Notes: generated by a model not told the origin, from the letters alone. DNA of 64,000 bases from Candidatus Shapirobacteria bacterium GW2011_GWF2_37_20 (GCA_000989305.1 LBTB01000001.1:2104-66103); one strand, 5' to 3'. Shown: positions 28,989-39,138, counted from the first letter of the stretch. Made by a program: numbers and translations.

Positions 28989-30021
28989 TGGAATTTAGGC
29001 CTTCTAATATTTGAATTTCAGATTCGTTTTCAATGCCAGTACTGACATAAGTTTTGACTAAATCATTGTTATTTTTTACCCAAACATAGGTTTTACCATT
29101 GTCATCATTTAAAGCATCGAGAGGTATTACCAGGACATTGTCCTGTTGCTCTAAGGTAATGAGAGCATCACCGTCCATACCGAGGCGATAGCTGAGGTTT
29201 TTATTATCCACAGGGAGCTTGAAACGGATTTCATAGACAGTGGATGTTTGGCCGGCTACAGGAATAAAAGAAATATAGGTAATTTCTGAGTCATAAGATG
29301 CGTCAGGAAAGGCGTCGATGCGGATAGTAGCCTTTTGGCCAATGTAAATTTTGGTGACTTCGGCCTGATCGATTTCCGATTTGAAAAAGACTGATTCCGG
29401 GTTGATGATAGTGAATGAAGCGGTGGCGGGAGTAATGTTGGTGCCGGTCAGTGGTTGATCGATATTGGTGACAACACCGGCAATGGGTGAATAAAGGGTG
29501 GCTTCCTTTATGGCCATATCGCTAATTTCATAACTAATGACATTGTTGTCGAGAGAGTATTGGGTTCTGTCCAAAATTCTTTGAACAGTATCAGTAACAA
29601 CAGTATCTTTGTATTTGTCCTGGGTATCCCAAAACTGACTTAAGTTTGTCCGATAATTGTTAAATTGGGTTTGCAGAGATTTTTGCAACTGTGCTTTGTC
29701 TAGGGAAGCGATTGATTGCCATTTTTTGACCCTATCCCCTATTTTGACACCAATCCAAACGAGTTTTCCTGAATTTTGGAAACGGAGATTGGCAATTTCA
29801 CTGGCTGAAACGGAACCGGCCAGGGTTAATTCTGATTTAATATTTTGAACAACAGGTGTGACAACAATATCTTTTTTAGGGTTAAGAACGGTAGGGTCCT
29901 TGCTTTTTTGGGCCTGAACTTGCTTGAAAGCAATGAAGAGGGCAATGAAAATCAGAAGGCCAATTATTATTTTGTTTTTATATTTTGATAGAAATTTCAT
30001 AGACGGTATATTATATACCAA
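28960..30021 (-). CDS. HlyD/MacA-family periplasmic adaptor (membrane fusion protein)
   Basis: N-terminal TM, coiled-coil then beta-barrel segments. Lies in an operon with the ABC ATPase and permease. Confidence 0.8.
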   Translation of the reverse strand: MVYNIPSMKFLSKYKNKIIIGLLIFIALFIAFKQVQAQKSKDPTVLNPKKDIVVTPVVQNIKSELTLAGSVSASEIANLRFQNSGKLVWIGVKIGDRVKKWQSIASLDKAQLQKSLQTQFNNYRTNLSQFWDTQDKYKDTVVTDTVQRILDRTQYSLDNNVISYEISDMAIKEATLYSPIAGVVTNIDQPLTGTNITPATASFTIINPESVFFKSEIDQAEVTKIYIGQKATIRIDAFPDASYDSEITYISFIPVAGQTSTVYEIRFKLPVDNKNLSYRLGMDGDALITLEQQDNVLVIPLDALNDDNGKTYVWVKNNNDLVKTYVSTGIENESEIQILEGLNSNDSVVIKKI

Positions 30022-30025
30022 AAAA

Positions 30026-30328
30026 TCAGGAACTTATCTCTTTTTCCATTCGAAGTTCCTTTAATTTCCACATAAAGAGACGATAGGGAGTTTTAACCTG
30101 ACCGGGAGAATGATCTTTGACAAAATAGCGGGCCTTTTCGAGTAATTTTCTGTCTTCTTTTTTGGCCAGACGAATATAGAGAGATTTGTTTTTCCAATCA
30201 TCTAATTCAGCGGCTAACTCCAGGCCATAGGCTTGAAATTCATTTTTGACAAACTTTTTTCTTTTGGCAATATTTTCTTTGAATAGAGACAAGGTTTCGG
30301 TAATTGGGGTGGGTTTGGAGTTACGCAT
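30026..30328 (-). CDS. Hypothetical protein (100 aa)
   Basis: ORF only, basic. Confidence 0.35.
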   Translation of the reverse strand: MRNSKPTPITETLSLFKENIAKRKKFVKNEFQAYGLELAAELDDWKNKSLYIRLAKKEDRKLLEKARYFVKDHSPGQVKTPYRLFMWKLKELRMEKEISS

Positions 30329-30331
30329 AGA

Positions 30332-31255
30332 TTAAAGTAAGTTTTTGGAAATTTGATAAAGGGCGAAAAGAAGATAAATGAAGAGTAGGCCAATCCCCTC
30401 TTTTCTACTAAAGGAATATTTTTTGCCGATAACGGCAAAAGTATAGACAGCCAAGGTGGCACCGGTTAAAAAAATTAAATCGTTGATAAATCCGGTCAAT
30501 TTAATTGGTCTAATAAAGGTGGAAACACCTAAAACAAATAACAGATTAAACAGATTTGAACCAAGAATGTTGCCGACTCCAAGTTCACCGTTATTTTTTT
30601 TGACGGCAGTCCAGGTGGTAACCAATTCGGGAAGAGAGGTGCCAATAGCTAAAAGGAAGTAACCTAAAATGGATTCTGAGATGTGTAATTCGTTGGCTAA
30701 GGTTATGATTTGATCAATACAGATTTTACCTGAAGTAACGAGCAAGATTAGTGAAAGAATTAATAGAAAAGGTTTGAAGGTAACGAATTCTTTTTGTTCT
30801 GAAGTAAAATGGTTGTAGTCTTTTGAGAGAAGGATCAGGATTAAAAATATAAGAATTAAAGAAACTCCTGAAGCCCAATTAAGAGTAAAGTTCATATAGG
30901 CGGCAAGAGACCAAAAGGCCATAAGCGCTGCCATATTTAGTGGGATGTTGATGTCGATATCACGTTTTTTTATTCGGTAGTTGTTAAATAAGGCAATTAA
31001 GCCAAATATCAAGCAAAGATTAGTAATGTTGCTACCAATAATGTTGGACATGACCAGTTGGTTGTGTCCGGAAAGAGAAGAGAAGAGGGTGGAAATTAAT
31101 TCGGGCAAAGAGGTGCCAAAGGCAACAACCGTGAATCCAATTATGAAATCATTGACCTTTAATTTTTTGGCCAAAGATGTGGCTTGACCAACAAAAATAT
31201 CAGCAGATCTGACCAGGAAAACTAAGCTTATAACAATGGTTAAGAAAATAAGCAT
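30332..31255 (-). CDS. Na+/Ca2+ exchanger (CaCA family) membrane protein
   Basis: Two alpha-repeat motifs 'GTSLPEL' and 'GNILGSNLFNLLFVLG'. Confidence 0.85.
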   Translation of the reverse strand: MLIFLTIVISLVFLVRSADIFVGQATSLAKKLKVNDFIIGFTVVAFGTSLPELISTLFSSLSGHNQLVMSNIIGSNITNLCLIFGLIALFNNYRIKKRDIDINIPLNMAALMAFWSLAAYMNFTLNWASGVSLILIFLILILLSKDYNHFTSEQKEFVTFKPFLLILSLILLVTSGKICIDQIITLANELHISESILGYFLLAIGTSLPELVTTWTAVKKNNGELGVGNILGSNLFNLLFVLGVSTFIRPIKLTGFINDLIFLTGATLAVYTFAVIGKKYSFSRKEGIGLLFIYLLFALYQISKNLL

Positions 31256-31308
31256 ATTAATATCTTATCGTATTCTAAACTTGGTTGCTTTTGTTAGAAA
31301 TTTTTTAG

Positions 31309-31380
31309 TGGACCATGGCGGAGTCGAACCGCCCTCTTAGCAATGCGAATGCTGTGCTCTGCCAGATAAGCTAATGGCCC
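31309..31380 (-). tRNA. tRNA-Ala (anticodon CGC)
   Basis: Cloverleaf with G3:U70 identity pair. Anticodon loop 'TTCGCAT'. T-loop GGTTCGACTCC. No encoded CCA. Confidence 0.85.
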
Positions 31381-31883
31381 AGTTTTTCAATTTCGGACAA
31401 TATTGTATCAATTACTGTATTTATTGTCTTTTTTTCGTCGGCAGAGAAAGGTTTAAGGACATAAGTTTCAGTAGGAATGATGTCTGATTTGCCGATACCA
31501 ACTCTGATTCTCCAAAAGGCTTGGGTGCATAAATTTTCGATAGTGGAAAGGACGCCATTGTGGCCGGCTGGACCGCGGTCAAATTGGAGACGCCACTTTC
31601 CTACCGGTAAATCCAAGTCATCATGAATTAAATAAATATTTTTCGGAGGAATTTTGTAATAGGCGGCAATTTTTTGAACTGAGATGCCGGAGAGGTTCAT
31701 ATATTCAGTAGAAATAGCAAATATATTTTTAGACGACTCCCCTACTTGAGCCAATAATTTATTTTTTTGGGAAAGAGAAAAATTATATTTTTCAGATAAT
31801 TTATGAATTAATATCTGACCAAGATTGTGGCGGGTATTTTCGTGTTCTTTTCCTGGGTTGCCGAGGCCAAAAAATAGTTTCAT
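31371..31883 (-). CDS. pth: Peptidyl-tRNA hydrolase
   Basis: 'MKLFFGLGNPGKEHENTRHNLG' Pth N-terminus with catalytic His. Last 3 codons overlap the tRNA-Ala 5' end. Confidence 0.9.
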   Translation of the reverse strand: MKLFFGLGNPGKEHENTRHNLGQILIHKLSEKYNFSLSQKNKLLAQVGESSKNIFAISTEYMNLSGISVQKIAAYYKIPPKNIYLIHDDLDLPVGKWRLQFDRGPAGHNGVLSTIENLCTQAFWRIRVGIGKSDIIPTETYVLKPFSADEKKTINTVIDTILSEIEKLGH

Positions 31884-31978
31884 TTGATGTTGTTTATTAT
31901 AGATTGATATATAAATATAGTCTTAAGATAGGTTTTATTTAATTCGATATATATGTTAGCAGTTTGTTGTTAATTCTG

Positions 31979-32371
31979 CTAAAAAGATGCTTCTTCATAG
32001 AACTGATCAAGGGAGAAGAAATATGGATCAGAATGAAGATACAAAAGAGTATCACAGTTTTCAGAGAGAAGGGCTTTTTCTGATTCAGGAATAATGGGAA
32101 TGGCCAGAGTAATGTTGGTACCCGGATGTGTCTTTCTAATTTTGTCGGTAAATTCATTATATTCAACAGCCAGGGTTGAGCCGTTGTCGATGATAATTAA
32201 ATTGTGGGGATTTATCGACCCGCTTAGATTGGTGTTAAGAGTGTCGGCAATTTTTTTAGCAAAGGCTTCAGATTCCTGGTTGATAAAAGTCAGAGTAAAA
32301 TCGGTGCCAAAGTTTTCTTTAATTTTTTGGGCTAAAAGGGCGGCAGATTCAGAGTAATTTTTGAAAATCAT
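31979..32371 (-). CDS. Hypothetical protein, possible phosphoribosyltransferase-type fold
   Basis: 'NLIIIDNGSTLAV' loosely resembles the PRTase PRPP-binding loop (hhhhDDxxTTGxTL). Weak evidence. Confidence 0.35.
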   Translation of the reverse strand: MIFKNYSESAALLAQKIKENFGTDFTLTFINQESEAFAKKIADTLNTNLSGSINPHNLIIIDNGSTLAVEYNEFTDKIRKTHPGTNITLAIPIIPESEKALLSENCDTLLYLHSDPYFFSLDQFYEEASF

Positions 32372-34259
32372 CTTCGTTAATAATTTTAACCTTTAATTTT
32401 TGGGCAGTAATAAATTTTGAGGACTTAGAATCTGTTTCATTGGTCAATAGATAGTCAGTGTTTTGGGAAACGGCAGAGATAAATTTACCACCCTGGCTTT
32501 CAATCAATTCAATAAATTCTGGCCGGGGTTTTGATAGGTTTCCGGTGATGCAAAAGGTAAGCCCGCTGAGTTTTTGGGAATTATCTATTGACTTTATTGT
32601 TACTTGAGAAAGGATTGATTCTATCCAGGTTTTACGTAATTGAATCCCCTGCCAGACTTTCCTTGCCAGGGTTTTTTGGAAACCAGGTAGGGATTCTAAT
32701 TCGTTTTGAGAGAGATTAATAATTTTTTCTGGAGTACCAAAACCAGCCGTAATTAGTTGCTGGACCCTGGCGGCGCTGAAGTTGGGAATTATGGCAGAGT
32801 CAAAAACCTGTTTTAGGGTTAAGGACTTTTTGTTCTGAATTTGATGGATAATATTTTTTCCTGATTTTTCGCCTAGATTATCCAGGCCACTGATGTCGGC
32901 AACGCTTAGTTTAAAGAAATCTCCGGGAAGGCGGATTTTGTTTGCCTGATAAAGTTTTCTAATAGTTTTGTCAGAGAGGCCGAGAATTTCTAAAGTATCA
33001 CAAAAGAGTCTGAGAGAGCCAAGAATTTGGGACAAACAATTAGACGAATTTGGGCAACGAAGATATTTATCTTCTCTGATTAATTTAGTTTTACAGTCGG
33101 GACAAAGGATTGGAATATCAACATGGCCGGGGGTGACTTTGGTGACGATTTTTTCAATGTGGGGAATAACGTCGCCCCGGCGGGAAATTTCAATAATGTC
33201 ACCGACATTAAGATCTTTCTTAATGACTAAATTATAATTGCCAAGGGAGGCAAAATTGATGATAGCACCGGATAATTCAACGGGTTCGACCTCGGCTACC
33301 GGAGTAACGCTACCCATGGGGCCGACTTGCCAGACAATATCTTTAATCAGACTGGTGTTGGAGTCTGCGGGAAATTTATAAGCCACCTGAAATTTAGGGC
33401 GGTTATTTTTAACTCCTAGTTGCCGGGCGACCTTCAGGTCATTAATTTTGATAACGAGGCCGTCAATTTCGAAAGGATAACCAAGGCGGTCGAGGCGTAA
33501 AAATTTTTGGTAAATTTTTTCAATTTCTTCAAATGAATGACAAAGAAGAGAATCAACCGGAGTAAAGCCTAAAGATTTAAGCTCAGAAATTTTGTTGGAT
33601 TCGCTTTCAGTTTCAGATAAAATGTCAACTGCAAGGAGACTGCAATATTCTGAATACTTGCCGTCAAGACGTTGAGACAATCCGGAAGCGGCATTGCGGG
33701 GGTTACTATATTTTTCTTCAGAAATTTGGTTAAGTTTTATAAAATCATTTTTGGTAACCACGACTTCACAGCGGATGGAGCCTGAAAAATTGTCCGGCAA
33801 GCTCATCACAAAATTTTTCATTTTGATGACGTTTTGAGTAATGAGGTCACCAACAAAACCGTCACCACGGGTAATGGCGTTGACGAGTTGACCATTTTTA
33901 TATTCTATTTCTAAAGAAATACCATCACATTTCGGTTGAACTATAAATTCTAAATTAGAGATTTTTTTTAATTCAAAATAATGAACCAAGTCTTTATATT
34001 TATTAACCTTGTTGAGGGAACCCATAGGAATGCTGTGGGCTTTTTTATCAAAACCGGTATCAAAATTTGGGGAACCAACTTTAGAAAAAATCCGATGCTG
34101 GGGCATTTTTTGACGCAAGATCTCTTCCAAGGTGTCGTAGGTATGATCGTCCATTATCGGTTTATCGCTGGTGAAATAAGCTTTTTTGGCTTCAATTAAA
34201 AGTTCACCTAAATCAGAGGCGGTAATGGTTTTAAGATCTAAATCGGAGAGAGCTATCAT
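32349..34259 (-). CDS. ligA: NAD-dependent DNA ligase
   Basis: Adenylation motif 'KCDGISLEIEY' (KxDG). Zn finger 'CPDCKTKLIRE...RCPNSSNC'. HhH and C-terminal BRCT regions. 636 aa. Confidence 0.95.
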   Translation of the reverse strand: MIALSDLDLKTITASDLGELLIEAKKAYFTSDKPIMDDHTYDTLEEILRQKMPQHRIFSKVGSPNFDTGFDKKAHSIPMGSLNKVNKYKDLVHYFELKKISNLEFIVQPKCDGISLEIEYKNGQLVNAITRGDGFVGDLITQNVIKMKNFVMSLPDNFSGSIRCEVVVTKNDFIKLNQISEEKYSNPRNAASGLSQRLDGKYSEYCSLLAVDILSETESESNKISELKSLGFTPVDSLLCHSFEEIEKIYQKFLRLDRLGYPFEIDGLVIKINDLKVARQLGVKNNRPKFQVAYKFPADSNTSLIKDIVWQVGPMGSVTPVAEVEPVELSGAIINFASLGNYNLVIKKDLNVGDIIEISRRGDVIPHIEKIVTKVTPGHVDIPILCPDCKTKLIREDKYLRCPNSSNCLSQILGSLRLFCDTLEILGLSDKTIRKLYQANKIRLPGDFFKLSVADISGLDNLGEKSGKNIIHQIQNKKSLTLKQVFDSAIIPNFSAARVQQLITAGFGTPEKIINLSQNELESLPGFQKTLARKVWQGIQLRKTWIESILSQVTIKSIDNSQKLSGLTFCITGNLSKPRPEFIELIESQGGKFISAVSQNTDYLLTNETDSKSSKFITAQKLKVKIINEDDFQKLL

Positions 34260-34291
34260 TTGGTTATATTATAAGAAATTTTGGTTATAAT

Positions 34292-34498
34292 ATGGGAGTG
34301 GGAATAATACCAAAGATTGAGAGTGTATCCGACAAAAGGACCGATCAAAACAGTTTGGAAAAACTTAAGCCCTTGCTAAGAAGAATTTTTCCGGAATTGA
34401 ATAAGGATTTAACTCCCGGATTGCCGGCAGATTTAATCAGAGAAGAAGAAATAAAAAGGAGATTGTTTCCCAACAAGAAGACAGTTAGACGTTACTAA
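34292..34498 (+). CDS. Hypothetical small basic protein
   Basis: 68-aa ORF, convergent with the Fic gene. Confidence 0.2.
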   Translation: MGVGIIPKIESVSDKRTDQNSLEKLKPLLRRIFPELNKDLTPGLPADLIREEEIKRRLFPNKKTVRRY

Positions 34499-35615
34499 GA
34501 CAATAGTAGGCACCTTTGGTGCTACCCCGTTTTTCGCAGACCTTATCGTCAATTAGCTTTTTGAGGTCGCGCCAAATAGTATCGTCACTAACCATGGGTA
34601 AGAGAGATTTGGCGTCAGGCATACGAAGACCGCCAAATTGTTGCATGTATTCCACCAGTTTTATTTGTCTTTCGGTGAGGTGGACTTGTTTACCGCCCAA
34701 TTTTTGTTTGAATTTTAAATCACGGGAAAGACTTTGAACCTTATCTTTAACCCTGGATAGTTCGATGGCTAGGGCTCCGGTGTAATAAGTGGTCCAGTTA
34801 GTAATGTCTCTTTGAAAAATATCGCTGTTAGTTTCATGGGTGGACTGGAGGGTGTTGTAGTAGTTTTCAGCGTTACGGTCAAAATATTCTTCTAAGGAGA
34901 ATAAGCGTCGGATATCATAACCCTCAACATAGAGAGGAAGCATGGCATAAGCTCGGGAAACCCGACCGTTGCCTTCGATAAAGGGGTGAATGGCTACTAA
35001 AATATATTGGGTGATGGCGGCGCGGATGGCTGGATGAATTTCTCGGGATTTTGGATCATTTAGCCAGGCAATTAAATCAGACATTAAATAAGGAACTTCA
35101 ATGGCTGGAGGGGGTCGATGGGCAATTTCACCGGTACGGGTATTTTTCAAAACAACTTGTTGGCGGCGATATTTGCCGACTTCGGTTTCGGGGATAATTT
35201 TGGTAGTAGTTAACTCGTGAATTTTCTTAACTATAGTTTCACTAAAGAAAAATAACCTATCCTTTGGGTTGATATTGGCATTAAATTTTTCTTCAGGTAA
35301 GGGCAGGGCGGCATCATAAGTGGCCCAAATTTCTTCGAGGTAAGTGATGACGTTACGATAATTGATGACCTCCTGGATGTCTCTTTCTGTGGCGGTGACT
35401 TGTCGGCCTTCGACTAATTTAGCAACTTCCTGATAGGTTAAATCGTTGCCTTCGATACGGGTACCGTAATGGACGGTTCGAACAATGGCTTCTTGCTGGA
35501 ATTGTTTTTCGTAAGCCGGAATAAGAGGGGCTTCATCGATAATTGCTTTGGCAGCTTCGATGATACCGATGTTCTTGAGAATTTGGTTATTGATGGTAAA
35601 TAACGGAGAAAACAT
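34485..35615 (-). CDS. Fic-domain protein (putative AMPylase) with C-terminal winged-helix region
   Basis: Canonical Fic motif 'HPFIEGNGRVSRAYAM'. N-terminal 'GTRIEGN' sits where the class II inhibitory (S/T)xxxE(G/N) helix occurs. Confidence 0.85.
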   Translation of the reverse strand: MFSPLFTINNQILKNIGIIEAAKAIIDEAPLIPAYEKQFQQEAIVRTVHYGTRIEGNDLTYQEVAKLVEGRQVTATERDIQEVINYRNVITYLEEIWATYDAALPLPEEKFNANINPKDRLFFFSETIVKKIHELTTTKIIPETEVGKYRRQQVVLKNTRTGEIAHRPPPAIEVPYLMSDLIAWLNDPKSREIHPAIRAAITQYILVAIHPFIEGNGRVSRAYAMLPLYVEGYDIRRLFSLEEYFDRNAENYYNTLQSTHETNSDIFQRDITNWTTYYTGALAIELSRVKDKVQSLSRDLKFKQKLGGKQVHLTERQIKLVEYMQQFGGLRMPDAKSLLPMVSDDTIWRDLKKLIDDKVCEKRGSTKGAYYCLSNV

Positions 35616-35678
35616 TCTAAGGCAATTATAACAGATTTTAGGAAATCAATGAGGGGAAAATGCGGAAAAAGAAAAAAA

Positions 35679-36305
35679 CTATTTCAGAAAAAAATAATCT
35701 AGGGCCGATTTGGGATCAACATTATTATTAATTAAATCGATGGCGGCAATGAGTTTTTTGATAATTTGGGCAGTATTTGAGGTGGGAGAGGCGGCAAAGA
35801 GCTGTTGATAGGCTTCAAGCTGTCCCTGTAATAGGCCCTTTATTTCAGTTTTGTCAGTGGTAATGGTGGCGGCAAAGTCAAGGTCTTTTTTAGCTTGGCC
35901 GGTGATTGGCCAAAGAATGGTGTCGCTTTTAATAGTGTCTGAACTTATTTTTATTTTAAAGCATCGGGAAATAATGGTGGGTAAAAGTCGGGTAATGTTG
36001 GTGGTGGTTAATAAAAGATAATTATTGTTCCCTGGTTCCTCCAGAGTTTTTAGAAGGGCATTTTGAGACTCAGGATGGAGATTGTCGGCCTCAGGAATGA
36101 GAATAATTTTGGAATTATGATTAAAGGGTTTTTGAGAGAGAAATTTCTTAAGAGTGCGGACTGAGGCAATGGTGTAATCATCTAAAACAAAAAGATCAGG
36201 ATTATTTGTAACCTGATGATCAAGTCCGGAGATGATTTCTAAAGCTCTTTGATAAGCAGTTTTTGGGGAAGAAGCAATAATAAGTGTTGAAGGGAAGATA
36301 GACAT
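35679..36305 (-). CDS. holB: DNA polymerase III delta'-like subunit (short form)
   Basis: 'ILIPEADNLHPESQNALLKTLEEPGNNNYLLLTTTNITRLLPTIISRC' matches the delta' sensor/'SRC' box. No Walker A. 208 aa. Confidence 0.6.
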   Translation of the reverse strand: MSIFPSTLIIASSPKTAYQRALEIISGLDHQVTNNPDLFVLDDYTIASVRTLKKFLSQKPFNHNSKIILIPEADNLHPESQNALLKTLEEPGNNNYLLLTTTNITRLLPTIISRCFKIKISSDTIKSDTILWPITGQAKKDLDFAATITTDKTEIKGLLQGQLEAYQQLFAASPTSNTAQIIKKLIAAIDLINNNVDPKSALDYFFLK

Positions 36306-36327
36306 AGTTTACTATTAATTATAGAGT

Positions 36328-38067
36328 ATGAATGATGTGACGAAAGTTTATAAAAAATTGTCGGATGTTTTATTGGATAAGGGGCTGATCGATGCGGCTA
36401 AGGCGGAAGAAATAAATTTAAGACAGGTAAAAACTGGTGAGAGTGAGGAAGAAATTATTAAATCGATGAGGATTTTGTCCGATTTGGATTTCACAAAAAA
36501 TAAGGCTGAATTTTTAAGGATACCTTTTGTTGATTTGGAAAATACCGGATTTTCTCCAGAGGCATTATCTTTAGTGCCTCAAAGTGTGGCGGAGAAATAT
36601 CATCTGGTCCCCTACCGGATGGAGCCTAAAGACAAATCTTTGTATGTGGCCATGAGTAATCCGCTTGATTTGGAAACAGTTGAATTTTTGGAGAAGAAAA
36701 CCAATCTTAAAATTAGAACCGCCATGTCTCCCGAGGCCCAAATCGACTCTTTTATTAGGGAAAAATATGAAAGAGAGAAAGGGATAACTTCAGAAGTTAG
36801 CAAGGCTTTGGATGAACAAAAAGTCGACGAGATGAAAGTGCAGTCAGAGAGTATGAAGAAAGTGTCGGCGGAGGCCCCTATTGCCAAAATTGTAACTACT
36901 ATTTTGGATTATGCAGTCAGGTCGAGAGCTTCAGACGTTCATATTGAACCAATGGAGGAAAATGTGAGGATAAGATACAGAATTGACGGTATTTTGCAGG
37001 AAAAATATATACTTCCCCGAAATGTGTTGGACGCCGTGGTAAGCCGGGTAAAGATTTTGGCGAATCTAAAAATTGATGAAAAAAGAATTCCTCAAGATGG
37101 CCGCTTTAATTTTAATCTTGACGGCAACGAGGTTGATTTGCGTATTTCAACCCTACCGGTATCTTATGGTGAAAAGGTGGTAATGCGTTTGCTGAGGAAA
37201 GCCTCAAAGGTGCCATCTTTGCCAGACTTGGGTTTAAGAGGTTTGGCCTTAAAAAATTTAATCGAAGCAATTGAAAGACCCCATGGAATAATTTTGGTGG
37301 TCGGGCCGACGGGTTCGGGTAAAACGACGACTCTATATTCGGTTTTGGATCGGGTAGCGACATCAAAAGTTAATGTGGTGACAATTGAAGACCCGGTGGA
37401 ATATCAAATGAAGGGGGTCAATCAGGTTCAGGTAAATGTTCAGGCCGGTTTAACTTTTGCTTCAGCCTTAAGATCATTTTTACGACAGGATCCAAATATT
37501 ATGATGGTGGGAGAAATCCGGGATACGGAAACGGCGGAGCTGGCTATCAATGCGGCACTGACCGGACATTTGGTTTTTTCAACTTTACATACTAATGATG
37601 CTTCCGGGGCACCGCCAAGACTGATGGATATGGGAGTGGAACCATTTTTGTTGACCTCGTCTTTGACCTGTGTGGTAGCTCAGCGGGTTTTGAGAAAAAT
37701 TTGTCCTAATTGCCGTCAGGACATGGAAATTCCTTCAGATAAAGAGACAGAGTTAAAGAGTACTCTAGGTCCGATTTACACTATGATTGAAGAAAAGTGG
37801 AAAAAGGACGGTAAAAAAATGACAATGCCCAAAATCGTTGGTTGTGATAAGTGTAATAATACCGGATATTTAGGGAGAATTGCTATATATGAGGTGATGC
37901 CGATTACGGAAAAAATTAGTAAGTTGGTGGTAGAAAAAGCCGCGGCGGCTATGATTCAAAAAGAAGCTATTAATGAAGGAATGTTAACCATGAAACAGGA
38001 CGGTTATGTCAAAGTACTGGAGGGGGTAACCAGTATGGATGAAGTGTTAAGAGTTGCCCAATATTAA
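36328..38067 (+). CDS. pilB: Type IV pilus assembly ATPase PilB (GspE family)
   Basis: N-terminal GSPII_E_N domain. Walker A 'GPTGSGKTTTLYS'. Asp/His boxes. Tetracysteine 'CPNC...CDKC'. Confidence 0.92.
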   Translation: MNDVTKVYKKLSDVLLDKGLIDAAKAEEINLRQVKTGESEEEIIKSMRILSDLDFTKNKAEFLRIPFVDLENTGFSPEALSLVPQSVAEKYHLVPYRMEPKDKSLYVAMSNPLDLETVEFLEKKTNLKIRTAMSPEAQIDSFIREKYEREKGITSEVSKALDEQKVDEMKVQSESMKKVSAEAPIAKIVTTILDYAVRSRASDVHIEPMEENVRIRYRIDGILQEKYILPRNVLDAVVSRVKILANLKIDEKRIPQDGRFNFNLDGNEVDLRISTLPVSYGEKVVMRLLRKASKVPSLPDLGLRGLALKNLIEAIERPHGIILVVGPTGSGKTTTLYSVLDRVATSKVNVVTIEDPVEYQMKGVNQVQVNVQAGLTFASALRSFLRQDPNIMMVGEIRDTETAELAINAALTGHLVFSTLHTNDASGAPPRLMDMGVEPFLLTSSLTCVVAQRVLRKICPNCRQDMEIPSDKETELKSTLGPIYTMIEEKWKKDGKKMTMPKIVGCDKCNNTGYLGRIAIYEVMPITEKISKLVVEKAAAAMIQKEAINEGMLTMKQDGYVKVLEGVTSMDEVLRVAQY

Positions 38068-38070
38068 ATA

Positions 38071-39138
38071 ATGCATAGCAAAATTGAAGAAGTATTGAGA
38101 TTGGCAGTAGCCAATAAGGCGTCGGATGTTCATTTGTGTTTTGGATTGACACCAAAAATGAGAATTAATGGTGAACTGTCTGAGATTACGAATATTGGAG
38201 TGGTTGATGACGGGGAATTAATTTTGTCCTTATTATCAGAAGAACAGAAAGAGAGGTTTTTGAAAGAAAAAGAACTAGACTTTTCTGTCACGATGGACAC
38301 GGCCAGATTTAGAGCCAACATTTATACTCAAAAAGGGCTTCCGTCTTGTGTTTTGAGAGTAATTTCAGATGAAATACCGGAGCTGGAAACTTTGAATTTA
38401 CCGGAGACTTTAAAAACTTTTACCCAGTTAAGACAGGGTTTTATTTTAATCACCGGTCCGACAGGACAAGGTAAGTCAACCACGGTGGCGGCGATGCTTA
38501 ATGAAATAAACAAAAGTGCAAGCACAAACATTGTGACAATTGAAGACCCGGTGGAATATATAATTAAACCCCTAAAATCGATTATTTCTCAAAGAGAATT
38601 GGGGGGTGATACTGTTAGTTTTGACCGGGCTTTAAAATCAGCCTTAAGGCAGGATCCCAATGTTGTCTTTGTGGGAGAAATGCGTGATCTGGAAACGATA
38701 CAGCTAGCTTTAACTGTGGCGGAAACGGGACACTTGGTTTTTTCAACTTTACATACTAATTCAGCGTCTCAAACAATTGACAGAATTGTGGATGTTTTTC
38801 CTGAGGGTTCAAAACCGCAGATTAGAATTCAATTAGCTTCTGTGTTATCGGCCGTAGTTTCTCAGAGATTAATTCCGGCGATAAGGGGAGGTCGGGTGCC
38901 GGCGGTAGAAATTTTGACGGCTTGTGCGGCGACAGCTAATACAATTCGGGAAGGAAAAACTTTTATGATTGATAATGTGATTCAGACAGGGGCGGATCTG
39001 GGAATGGTAAGTTTGGAGATGTCTTTAGCGCGTTTAGTCAAAAAAGGCCTGGTGGACGAGAAGGTGGCGATGAGTTATGCAACGAAACCAGTAGAATTAC
39101 AGAGTTATTTAAGAAGTTTAAAGCAGGATAATGGCTAA
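38071..39138 (+). CDS. pilT: Type IV pilus retraction ATPase PilT
   Basis: Walker A 'ITGPTGQGKSTT'. 'VFVGEMRDLETI' and 'GHLVFSTLHTN' PilT motifs. 355 aa. Confidence 0.9.
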   Translation: MHSKIEEVLRLAVANKASDVHLCFGLTPKMRINGELSEITNIGVVDDGELILSLLSEEQKERFLKEKELDFSVTMDTARFRANIYTQKGLPSCVLRVISDEIPELETLNLPETLKTFTQLRQGFILITGPTGQGKSTTVAAMLNEINKSASTNIVTIEDPVEYIIKPLKSIISQRELGGDTVSFDRALKSALRQDPNVVFVGEMRDLETIQLALTVAETGHLVFSTLHTNSASQTIDRIVDVFPEGSKPQIRIQLASVLSAVVSQRLIPAIRGGRVPAVEILTACAATANTIREGKTFMIDNVIQTGADLGMVSLEMSLARLVKKGLVDEKVAMSYATKPVELQSYLRSLKQDNG

